The notes under the pieces were generated by a model. The model made no database searches, was not told where the DNA came from, and saw nothing but the letters and a program-made list of their open reading frames with translations. The translations under genes were made by a program, and so were the position numbers. Source: a bacterium (GTDB lineage: Bacteria > Patescibacteriota > Minisyncoccia > JAHIHE01). Taken from it: a stretch of DNA of 64,000 bases. Positions 1 through 8,140 of the stretch are shown one piece after another. Positions within the stretch are counted from its first letter, which is position 1. Each line of letters begins with the position of its first letter. The stretch spans positions 9,017 through 73,016 of the forward strand of contig JAUYBG010000005.1 of NCBI GenBank assembly GCA_030693205.1, written 5' to 3'.

Positions 1-898
1 CTTCGGCGTAAATATTAAAAGTGGGGTAATTTCCTTTCCAGGTGTTTTTGTCGGCGAAGTTGGCTGTTACTTTGAATTTTTTATCAGTGGCGGCAACACA
101 GGAAGATAATTTAGTTTTGTTTACACTTGCTTTCGTAAGACAGGTTGCCGAGTCTCCGCTTGTGCTTTCAATAAAACATTTTAAATAGTTATTAAATTTT
201 GCGGGTTCGTTTGTTTTGATGCAGTATTGGCTAAGCTCTTCCTGTAATTCTTTTTCCCCATGCATGGCATAATCAGTGAATTTAATATCAAAGTTTATTT
301 TATTTCCAAGAGCGCTGACTACAGGAAGAATTCCTTTTTCAATTTGCGTGCCATAAGGGCAGTGGCTCATAACAAAGAGCTCCACTTCCGGTTTGTCGCT
401 TTTTACCAATTCGGTTTGAGCGGCAGAATTAGATTGAGCCGCGTTTTTTTTATCATTTTCCGTTTTTTCTATATCCACGGCTTGAGGAAAAAATATTTTT
501 CCGTCCTTGGTCATGTAAGCGTCAATATCGTTTCCCGAACCGGTATTGACGGCGATTTTGTAAAGGCCGTTTTTTTCCTCAGCTCCTTTTATCGTGATTT
601 TGCTTCCCGGAGCCATAAGATTTTTGTTAATAAAAGTTTCAGCTTTTATTTTGGCTTGTTCCAATGTGATGGGATTTTTTATTGATCCGTTTTTAATAAG
701 AGGGGATAGTTTTAAGGAAACTATTCCGGTCGCCAAAATAGCCATGATAAAGAAACCCGCCAAAAATCCTTTGGAAAAGCTTTTATTGTCGAATAATTTT
801 TTCTTTTTTTTCTCAAGGGTTAATTCGAACACTGTTTCATCTGTCCTTTTGTGTGTTTCGTGACCGACACTTTTATGGTTTTCTTTCTTTGTTTCCAT
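1..898 (-). CDS. Thioredoxin/DsbA-like fold protein with N-terminal membrane anchor (CxxG active-site variant); 3' end runs off the window
   Basis: Own translation of the minus strand: ATG at 898, open to position 1 (about 299 codons, no stop). Begins METKKENHKS..., has a TM segment FLAGFFIMAILATGIV, and the motif ELFVMSHCPYGTQ resembles a CPxC thiol-disulfide oxidoreductase site with the second Cys replaced by Gly. Missing from the ORF track because the stop lies outside the window. Plus-strand ORFs 260-685 and 594-863 are antisense artefacts. Confidence 0.45.
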   Translation of the reverse strand, partial: METKKENHKSVGHETHKRTDETVFELTLEKKKKKLFDNKSFSKGFLAGFFIMAILATGIVSLKLSPLIKNGSIKNPITLEQAKIKAETFINKNLMAPGSKITIKGAEEKNGLYKIAVNTGSGNDIDAYMTKDGKIFFPQAVDIEKTENDKKNAAQSNSAAQTELVKSDKPEVELFVMSHCPYGTQIEKGILPVVSALGNKINFDIKFTDYAMHGEKELQEELSQYCIKTNEPAKFNNYLKCFIESTSGDSATCLTKASVNKTKLSSCVAATDKKFKVTANFADKNTWKGNYPTFNIYAE

Positions 899-989
899 AT
901 TTTTTATTTTATTTTTTTTATAACCGATAATGCATAGATTATAGCACAAAGCTTTTTTTTTGAAAAGATTTCGGTTTTTTAAAAAAACT

Positions 990-1019
990 AAAAAGCCCTT
1001 CCTTAGGAAGGGCTTTTTA
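990..1019. terminator. Intrinsic terminator hairpin (perfect 9-bp stem AGCCCTTCC/GGAAGGGCT, loop TTA) flanked by A5 and T5; can act in both directions; sits right after the helicase stop
   Basis: Sequence aaaaAGCCCTTCCttaGGAAGGGCTtttt at 990-1019, immediately downstream of the stop of the minus-strand helicase gene (1033). Confidence 0.65.
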
Positions 1020-1032
1020 TATGGAGTAAGTT

Positions 1033-2370
1033 CTACCATTTTTTAGTTTTAAATTTAAATTTGGATCTTTTGCGGTGATTTCCAAAATTTTCAAAAGATT
1101 TTGATGGTTCTTGCGATCCGCCATGAGATCTGCCTCGTGATTTGCCCCAGGGTTTTGCGCTTTGTTTTTCTTGCGAAGCAAAAGGATGCGTCTGAATGCG
1201 TGTTGCTCCGGTTTGCCGGAAGCTTCCCTGAAATCCGCCAGGCTGAGCTTGAGGTCTCGGTAAATTCGGCAGAGGAGAAACTGGCAATTGTTTTTTGATA
1301 AGGCGTTCAATGGTTTTAATATCAAATCTTTGGTTGGGCGTGGCAAAAGAGATCGCGTGTCCCGAATGTCCGGCGCGTCCGGTGCGGCCGATGCGGTGCA
1401 CATAGTCTTCGGGATTTTCCGGCAAGTCAAAGTTTACCACCAGTTCAATATTGGTGACATCAATGCCGCGGGCGGCAATGTCGGTAGCCACTAAAACTCG
1501 GAAAGCTCCGGTTTTAAATCCGGACAGCGCTTTCAGTCTCTGGCTCAGGCTGCGATTAGAATGAATTTCAGCCGCGGTGTGTCCCATGCCTCTGATGGTA
1601 TAAGCGATTTTTTTCGCGCCATGTTTTGTCCGGGAAAAAACCAGAGTGCTTCCTTTATGTTCTTTTAAAACCGTTTCCAATAAAGATAATTTTGATTCTT
1701 TTTGGACAAAGAAAATTTCATGCGTGACGTTGGTTGCCGCCGTGCCTTGAGGAGCCACCTCGACTCTTATCGGGAGCTTCATGTAAGAATTAGCCAGAGC
1801 GACGATCTTTGGCGGCATGGTCGCGGAAAAAAGCATGGTTTGCCGATCGCGCGGCACAGTCTGCAATATCTTGTTTATCTGCGGCGCAAATCCGATATCC
1901 AGCATATGATCAGCTTCATCGAGCACTAAAATTACCACATTGTTCAGGCTGACCGTTCTTTGTTCAAGGTGATCAATAAGCCGGCCGGGGGTGGCGATAA
2001 TAATATGAGGATCCCGGCTCAAGGCCCGGTTTTGGTGGAACATTTTTTCTCCGCCGATCAATACCGCGGTTCTTAAACTTAAAGGCCTGCCAATTTTATC
2101 AATCGCTTCATTTACTTGCAAAGCCAGCTCTCTGGTCGGAAGCAAGATAAGCCCTTTACCTTTTAAAGTTGCCAGCCGCTGGATCATTGGAATGCCAAAA
2201 GCCAGAGTTTTGCCGGTTCCGGTTTGAGCAATACCTACGATATCTTTTCCCGTCAGCGCGGGAGGGATAGATTGAAATTGTATCGGAGTTGGCGCGGTAA
2301 ATTTTAGCGCATCCAATATTTCTAAAATTTTTGGCGCAATGCCAAGTCCGTCGAATGTTGTTGGTGTCAT
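1033..2370 (-). CDS. DEAD-box ATP-dependent RNA helicase
   Basis: Motif I AQTGTGKT, motif II VLDEADHML (DEAD), SAT, HRIGRTGRAG; Arg-rich C-terminal tail typical of CsdA/DeaD-type helicases. Confidence 0.9.
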   Translation of the reverse strand: MTPTTFDGLGIAPKILEILDALKFTAPTPIQFQSIPPALTGKDIVGIAQTGTGKTLAFGIPMIQRLATLKGKGLILLPTRELALQVNEAIDKIGRPLSLRTAVLIGGEKMFHQNRALSRDPHIIIATPGRLIDHLEQRTVSLNNVVILVLDEADHMLDIGFAPQINKILQTVPRDRQTMLFSATMPPKIVALANSYMKLPIRVEVAPQGTAATNVTHEIFFVQKESKLSLLETVLKEHKGSTLVFSRTKHGAKKIAYTIRGMGHTAAEIHSNRSLSQRLKALSGFKTGAFRVLVATDIAARGIDVTNIELVVNFDLPENPEDYVHRIGRTGRAGHSGHAISFATPNQRFDIKTIERLIKKQLPVSPLPNLPRPQAQPGGFQGSFRQTGATRIQTHPFASQEKQSAKPWGKSRGRSHGGSQEPSKSFENFGNHRKRSKFKFKTKKW

Positions 2371-2778
2371 ATATTTATAAAAAATTCTGACCCATTCAAA
2401 GTCAGAAATATATACCTAAATATAAGCTGAGAAAGATGAGTCTGTTAATTAGAAACTACACTATATCATATCTAAATAGGTTTGTCAAGTCCATTAATAA
2501 TTTTATTTTGAATGGAATTTTGGTCTTGCCGGAAGATAATATAGTTTTTGTTATCATGGGAGCCGTTTTCATATCATATATTTGATTTTAGTGTGTTTAA
2601 TAAAGTTTACCCCGTACGATATTTTATATTCATTTGTGTTGCAAAATAATATTATTTATTTGTTTTGGCGATTTTAATTTTTATTCTTAGCTTATTGTAA
2701 ATTATCGTTTGGAGTTTACTTTTTACACAATTTATGTTATATTTTATATTAAGCAGTTAATAATTAATAAATAAAAAT

Positions 2779-3330
2779 ATGATCGAATATGTATTTTTAG
2801 TAGCGGTATTAGCGATAATTTTGTGGGCTGTTGGCATTTATAATGGCCTTGTAACCTTGAAAAACAGGGTAGACGAAGCCTGGAGCGATATTGATGTTCA
2901 GTTAAAAAGACGGTATGATTTGATCCCGAATCTTATCAATACAGTTAAGGGATATGCGACGCACGAAAAAGAGCTTTTTGAAAAAGTAACTCAAGCTAGA
3001 GCGAATGCGATGAACGCGCAGAGTCCTGAGCAAAAAGCTGGAGCGGAAAATATGCTTACGGGCGCACTTAAGAGCCTGTTCGCGGTTTCGGAAAATTACC
3101 CTCAACTTCGAGCTAGCGAGAATTTCTTGGAATTACAGCGCGAGCTGACTGATACGGAAGACAAAGTTCAGGCTTCCCGCCGATTCTATAACGGTAATGT
3201 GCGCGATTTCAATATCAAGCTTGAAGTTTTTCCGGATATGATTGTGGCCAATATGCTGGCTTATAAGAAGAGGGAATTCTTCGAGATTGCCAACGTGGCG
3301 GAAAAAGAACCGGTGCAAGTGAAATTCTAG
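2779..3330 (+). CDS. lemA: LemA family membrane protein
   Basis: N-terminal TM followed by conserved LemA core (GLVTLKNRVDEAWSDIDVQLKRRYDLIPNLI...RFYNGNVRDFN). Confidence 0.85.
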   Translation: MIEYVFLVAVLAIILWAVGIYNGLVTLKNRVDEAWSDIDVQLKRRYDLIPNLINTVKGYATHEKELFEKVTQARANAMNAQSPEQKAGAENMLTGALKSLFAVSENYPQLRASENFLELQRELTDTEDKVQASRRFYNGNVRDFNIKLEVFPDMIVANMLAYKKREFFEIANVAEKEPVQVKF

Positions 3331-3505
3331 TATTCGCTAGTTGCGAAATATGCTGTTTTGTCATTTCGAATTCGCCATCAGGCGAAGAGAAATCCCTTAT
3401 TCTTGTTATTTTGTATGTTCAAGGGATTCCTCGTGGAGTTTATCCTGAGGAACCGAAGGGCTCGGAATGACAAAAAGAGAGTATTTCGTGTTTAGAATTA
3501 AAATT

Positions 3506-4756
3506 ATGCCAACTTTATATACCCAATTAGATAAAAATACTCATAATCGTTATATTTTGGGTGTTTTTATTTTTTTATTTTTATTTTTTCAACCGCTGTC
3601 TCTCGATTCATCTTTTTCTGAGACGAAGACTTTCGGCATTAATATAGCAAAAGCGGCTTGTCCGACGGGGTTTGCGGATTGTGATGGAAATTCATTAAAT
3701 GCATGCGAAGTTGATTTATTAACTGATAAAAATAATTGCGGATATTGCGGAGTAAAATGCAATGGCGCCTGTACAAATGGCCAGTGTTTAAAGATTGCGG
3801 GAGGACTTATTTCTTGCGGCAGACTTTCCGATAATTGCGTTACTCCAATCGACGAATCTGCTCCTTGCGGCCTTTGTGCTTTATTTTATATGCTGAAAAA
3901 CATCATTAATTTTGTTATGACCTTGACAATCGGCGTCGGAGTATTTATCCTTGTCATCACCGGACTTCTCTATGCTTTTTCCGCCGGAAATTCTCGAAAG
4001 ATCGAATTGGCTAAATCAGCCGTCACCAGTGCAATTACTGGAATAGCCATTGTTTTTATTGCTTGGCTTGTTATCGCGGTAATTTTGCAAGGAATGGGAT
4101 ACGCTAATATGGCTACATGGAATCAGGTGAATTGTAATATGCCAAGCGCAACCGTAACTTGTGTTTGCGGTGATGGTATTTGGGATCCGGAATTGGGAGA
4201 AAGTTGTGATGGATTGAGCGGGGTAGCTCGCTCGCCGGAAGAAAGTTCCCCTTCTCACCAATATGCTTGTACCGCTAGCTGTACTCCTACTGGCGGATAT
4301 GCCGGGGATGGCATAGTGAACGGACCGGAAATTTGCGATCAAAATAGTCCTATTACAAATGATTGTTCAGGTATATATACGACAGGGCTTCCGGCATGGT
4401 GTACGGGTGTACCGGTTGCGGGGACGCAAACCTGCAACAGCACTAGCACGGATTGGGGCGCTTGTACTGTTTCAGAACCGCTTCCTGTAGGTAGTTCTTC
4501 TACCGCGTGCTCCAGCACAAGTCCGCAAATGAATGATTACGCTTGTTGCGAGCTAGTAAGTTGCACGAAAGACGGATGTGATTGCTGCGGGAGACCTGCG
4601 GGCGCCGCAATACCAGGCGGTTATACAAATGTTCAAAGCTTAAGTCCGTGCGGAACCAGCAATAATAGTTGCAGGTTGAATCAAAGCATTGCTATCCCTA
4701 GAAACTGGACGATAACCACAAATCATACAACAGCCGCTTTTAGATGTTGGGAATAA
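3506..4756 (+). CDS. Secreted Cys-rich protein containing a TrbC/VirB2-type pilin domain (CPR-type pilin-like surface protein)
   Basis: Central double-TM segment NIINFVMTLTIGVGVFILVITGLLYAFSAGNSRKIELAKSAVTSAITGIAIVFIAWLVIAVIL matches the CPR TrbC/VirB2 pilin motif. Flanked by Cys-rich modules (CPTGFADCDGNSLNACEV..., CGYCGVKCNGACTNGQC, ...CCELVSCTKDGCDCCG). Start chosen at the ATG at 3506 (MPTLYTQLDKN...), not the track start 3467, because this N-terminus parallels the HtpX N-terminus. Confidence 0.55.
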   Translation: MPTLYTQLDKNTHNRYILGVFIFLFLFFQPLSLDSSFSETKTFGINIAKAACPTGFADCDGNSLNACEVDLLTDKNNCGYCGVKCNGACTNGQCLKIAGGLISCGRLSDNCVTPIDESAPCGLCALFYMLKNIINFVMTLTIGVGVFILVITGLLYAFSAGNSRKIELAKSAVTSAITGIAIVFIAWLVIAVILQGMGYANMATWNQVNCNMPSATVTCVCGDGIWDPELGESCDGLSGVARSPEESSPSHQYACTASCTPTGGYAGDGIVNGPEICDQNSPITNDCSGIYTTGLPAWCTGVPVAGTQTCNSTSTDWGACTVSEPLPVGSSSTACSSTSPQMNDYACCELVSCTKDGCDCCGRPAGAAIPGGYTNVQSLSPCGTSNNSCRLNQSIAIPRNWTITTNHTTAAFRCWE

Positions 4757-4771
4757 AATAAACCCAGGTTT

Positions 4772-5563
4772 ATGTTTAATAAAACAATAAAAATTATTAT
4801 AGGAATTATAATATTGGCTTTAGTAGCTTTTGCAATTTTTTTATTTAAAGATACCGAAAACAACAACGGGAACGGGGGGTCAGAAAATATTGTAAATAGA
4901 TTGCCGGAAAGTGAAAATATTGCCAGTATTTTAGAGGAGTTAAAAAATAATCATCCGGAATTTAGCGCTTCGCAATTAGAATTTTATCGCGAAACAGCAA
5001 AGAGCGATAAAGAAATTATTAAACTATGTAAGGGGAGAGGCGATGAAAATGATTGTATCGCTTCGGTAGCTTTTATTAAAGGTGAAAGCGCCGTTTGCGG
5101 CGAAATTGAAAATTCAAAAATACGAATTGAATGCGCGAATGCAATCTTGCAAAGATTGGGCGTGGAAAAGATTGATAAATGTTGGTCTTTTGACGGCTAT
5201 GATCTTATGCACTGTTTGAGGAACATTTTTGTAATGTATGATAAGCCGGAAGATTGTTTAAATTTAAAATCTGAAAAAACGCAGCAAGTGTGCGAAAGCG
5301 TTTTTTATTACGAGATAGCTTTTATACAACATGACGGGGAATTGTGTAAAAAGATTACAAACGAGAAATTAAATCAATATTGCTTTGAAAATGCAGGCGG
5401 TAAATTTCCGGATAGCGATAACGATGGATTAACTGATTATGAAGAAATAAATAAATATCATACCGATCCAGCTAATCCCGATACAGACGGCGATGGCTAT
5501 ACCGACGGCGACGAAGTTAAAAATGGTTTTAATCCATTAGGGGAAGGCAAATTAAAATTCTAA
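4772..5563 (+). CDS. Secreted protein with N-terminal TM anchor and C-terminal thrombospondin type-3-like calcium-binding repeats
   Basis: TM segment IIIGIIILALVAFAIFLF; C-terminus DSDNDGLTDYEEINKYHTDPANPDTDGDGYTDGDEV matches DxDxDG TSP3 repeats. Confidence 0.55.
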   Translation: MFNKTIKIIIGIIILALVAFAIFLFKDTENNNGNGGSENIVNRLPESENIASILEELKNNHPEFSASQLEFYRETAKSDKEIIKLCKGRGDENDCIASVAFIKGESAVCGEIENSKIRIECANAILQRLGVEKIDKCWSFDGYDLMHCLRNIFVMYDKPEDCLNLKSEKTQQVCESVFYYEIAFIQHDGELCKKITNEKLNQYCFENAGGKFPDSDNDGLTDYEEINKYHTDPANPDTDGDGYTDGDEVKNGFNPLGEGKLKF

Positions 5564-5623
5564 TTTGTAGTTGGTAGGAAAATTTTGTTCCTGCTACTCA
5601 CTACAACCTACTCACTACTTACT

Positions 5624-6523
5624 ATGCCTACTTTATACAATCAAGCTGATAAAAATATACGAAACTCTTATCTGTTAATTACAGCTTTTTTGATATTCGC
5701 GATAGGAGTGGGCTGGGTTTTCAGCCGGGCAATGGATAGCCCCGGCATTTTGGTTTTTGCCGTGATATTCAGCATGATAATGAGTATCAGCAGCTATTGG
5801 TTTTCCGATAAAATTGTTTTGGCCATGAGCGGGGCCAAAGAAATTGATCACGACAGCAATCGCGAGCTTTATCATATCGTGGAAAATCTTTGCATTACGG
5901 CCGGACTTCCTGTGCCGAAAATTTATATTATTGACGACACGGCGCCGAACGCGTTTGCCACCGGCCGCGATCCCCAGCATGCAGTCATCGCGGTAACAAC
6001 AGGAATTTTGCAGAAACTCGAAAAATCCGAACTGGAAGGAGTATTGGCTCACGAATTAAGCCATGTAGGAAACCGCGATATTTTATTTTCCACGATCGTG
6101 GTGATTTTGGTGGGTTTTATTACTTTGCTGGCTGATATGTTTTGGCGATCGTCTTTATTCGGAGGCGGGCGCAGAAACAGGGAAGGCGGCGGGGCGATTA
6201 TGATTATCGCGCTTGTTTTGACAATTTTGGCGCCGATCGTGGCGACTTTGATTCAGTTGGCGATTTCCCGGAAGCGCGAGTTTTTGGCTGATGCCAGTGC
6301 CGCGCTTTTGACACGACATCCCGAAGGATTGGCCAGAGCGCTCGAAAAAATCTCCGGCGACACTGAACCGCTGGAAGTGGCGAACAAAGCCACGGCGCAT
6401 ATGTATATCGTGAATCCTCTGAAAGGCAACGGTAGCGGCCGGAGCTGGTTTGCCAATATGTTTTCCACTCATCCGGCCGTAGAGGAGCGAATTGCGGCGC
6501 TGAGAGGATTGGAAATAAAATAA
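5624..6523 (+). CDS. htpX: Zinc metalloprotease HtpX (peptidase M48)
   Basis: HEXXH motif AHELSHVGNRD, four TM segments, C-terminal FSTHPAVEERIAALR. Start moved to the ATG at 5624 (MPTLYNQADKNIRNSYLL...), typical of an HtpX N-terminus; the track start at 5585 adds 13 unlikely residues. Confidence 0.85.
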   Translation: MPTLYNQADKNIRNSYLLITAFLIFAIGVGWVFSRAMDSPGILVFAVIFSMIMSISSYWFSDKIVLAMSGAKEIDHDSNRELYHIVENLCITAGLPVPKIYIIDDTAPNAFATGRDPQHAVIAVTTGILQKLEKSELEGVLAHELSHVGNRDILFSTIVVILVGFITLLADMFWRSSLFGGGRRNREGGGAIMIIALVLTILAPIVATLIQLAISRKREFLADASAALLTRHPEGLARALEKISGDTEPLEVANKATAHMYIVNPLKGNGSGRSWFANMFSTHPAVEERIAALRGLEIK

Positions 6524-6549
6524 TTTATTAATTTTTTAAATACAAAAAT

Positions 6550-7431
6550 ATGAAAATAATAGAGAATATCAAATCCAGTATTTACAACTCCGCCTATTAC
6601 AGCGAAATTTTGAATAAGCCGTTTTCTTATTCACTAAAATATTTTTTATCCTTGATATGCTTGATCGCCTTGGTTTCCACTATTATTTTTACTTTTTCAA
6701 CATTGCCGAAAATCAATAAAGTCTTCGACGAGATCGGTTCCAATGTTTTAAATTATTATCCTGAAGAATTGGAAATAACCGTAAAAAATGGAATAATTTC
6801 AACTAATGTTTCGGAGCCGTACTTTATAAAAGCGCCGGCCGAGTTTAAAAATGACAGCAAAAGATCGGACAATAAAACAATAAAAGATGAAATTGATAAT
6901 TTATTGGTTATTGATACCCAGTCGCCTTTGAACCTGGACGCGTTTAAAGATTATAAAACCTTTGTTCTTATAAGCCGCGACAGTATTGCTTATCGCGACT
7001 CGAACGAAGCTATTAAGATCCAATTTTTAAATCAAGAGTTCAATGGAGTTATTACCAAAACGAAAATTTCCTCGGCGCTGAACAAAATTATGCCATATTT
7101 AAAAGTTATACCGCTTGTTTTGGTGCCGCTGGTTTTTGTCGGATCAATTTTAGGCGCTACTATTAAATATCTTATTTATTTGATCTTTGGCGCGCTTGTT
7201 ATCTGGATTATGGCTAAAGCGATGAAAAGGAATTTGAGATTTGGTAAAAGCTATCAGATCGGTATTCACGCGATAACGCTCGGAGTGATCTTGGAAGCGA
7301 CAGTTTTCCGATTTTATCCGAATTTGGAATTTCCTTTATTTTTTACGCTTTTAATGTTTGCGATCGTCTGGATAAATCTTAAATTTTTGCCTAGTGTAAG
7401 CATTCCCATACCGACATTGAAAAAAGATTAA
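6550..7431 (+). CDS. DUF1189-like multi-pass membrane protein
   Basis: N-terminus IKSSIYNSAYYSEILNKPFSYSLKYFLSL plus TM-rich C-terminal half resemble the DUF1189 (YqgC-like) family. Confidence 0.4.
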   Translation: MKIIENIKSSIYNSAYYSEILNKPFSYSLKYFLSLICLIALVSTIIFTFSTLPKINKVFDEIGSNVLNYYPEELEITVKNGIISTNVSEPYFIKAPAEFKNDSKRSDNKTIKDEIDNLLVIDTQSPLNLDAFKDYKTFVLISRDSIAYRDSNEAIKIQFLNQEFNGVITKTKISSALNKIMPYLKVIPLVLVPLVFVGSILGATIKYLIYLIFGALVIWIMAKAMKRNLRFGKSYQIGIHAITLGVILEATVFRFYPNLEFPLFFTLLMFAIVWINLKFLPSVSIPIPTLKKD

Positions 7432-7479
7432 CTTAAAGCGTTAATTTTTAAAAACTAATTTTGAACGGAGGTGATAAAA

Positions 7480-7842
7480 ATGGAAACTCAACAAATGCCG
7501 CCGCAAAATACGCCGCCGGTAGCGCCGCAAGCGCCGCTGACTGACGAGCAGGATATCCAGCAGAATAAAATCTGGGCGCTTTTGAGCTATTTGGGAATTT
7601 TGTTTTTAATTCCGCTTTTAGCTAAAAAGGACAGCAAATTCGCTCAATTTCACGCAAAACAGGGAGTGATTTTGTTTGTTATATCGTTTGTTAGCGTTAT
7701 ACCGATAATCGGATGGATGTTATCACCTTTAGTGATATTTGTATTATTTATCGTATCCGTGATTGGTATAATAAATGTTTTGCAGGGTAAATATTGGAAA
7801 ATTCCGGTGATTGGAGATTACGCGGAGAAGATAAATATATAA
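7480..7842 (+). CDS. DUF4870 (TM2-like) small membrane protein
   Basis: Pro-rich N-terminus then KIWALLSYLGILFLIPLLAKKDSKFAQFHAKQGVILFVISFV, the classic DUF4870 core. GGAGG ribosome-binding site 8 nt upstream of the ATG at 7480; the track start 7471 is GTG. Confidence 0.7.
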   Translation: METQQMPPQNTPPVAPQAPLTDEQDIQQNKIWALLSYLGILFLIPLLAKKDSKFAQFHAKQGVILFVISFVSVIPIIGWMLSPLVIFVLFIVSVIGIINVLQGKYWKIPVIGDYAEKINI

Positions 7843-7875
7843 AATTTAATAAAATCTATTGATTCTAATACCGCG

Positions 7876-7906
7876 ATATGAAACCCGCGGTATTTTGTTG
7901 TAAAAT
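7876..7906 (+). terminator. Intrinsic terminator after the DUF4870 gene
   Basis: ACCGCG-atatgaaac-CCGCGGT hairpin followed by ATTTTGTTG. Confidence 0.45.
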
Positions 7907-7950
7907 TAAAAGAATATGATATGATTTAAGTAAAGACAATCAAAAACAAA

Positions 7951-8106
7951 GCGATAAAATATTTGATTTTGAAGCACATTTTATCGCCCTTTGTAAAAAC
8001 TTTTAATAAATTCATTTTTGGGCGATAAAATCTGAGCGAGGTGGAGTTGATGTAGCTATCTGGTATAATTGCGGCCGAGCGTCTGAAAAATTAAGTATTT
8101 TATCGC
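7951..8106. promoter_or_regulatory. Promoter region with four copies of a GCGATAAAAT motif arranged as two inverted pairs around an extended -10 promoter (TTGATG ... TGGTATAAT) upstream of the DUF2207 gene
   Basis: Motif copies at 7951-7960 (+), 7978-7987 (inverted), 8022-8031 (+), 8097-8106 (inverted). TGGTATAAT at 8061-8069 with TTGATG at 8049-8054, spacer 8055-8062. Confidence 0.5.
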
Positions 8107-8140
8107 TTTGTATAAAATCTGTAGAATTATAAGAAATTTT

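Noticed and set aside
260-863. Plus-strand ORFs 260-685 and 594-863
   Set aside because: They overlap each other and are antisense to a continuous minus-strand reading frame of about 299 codons with a thioredoxin-like motif; their translations are low-complexity nonsense.
1017-1430. 137-aa minus-strand ORF overlapping the helicase 3' region in another frame, and small plus ORFs 1101-1494
   Set aside because: They lie fully inside the well-supported DEAD-box helicase CDS, in alternate or antisense frames.
2400-2778. Possible small ORFs or mobile-element scar in the 380-nt AT-rich gap between the divergent helicase and lemA
   Set aside because: No ORF over 30 codons with a ribosome-binding site, no terminal inverted repeats; consistent with a divergent promoter region.
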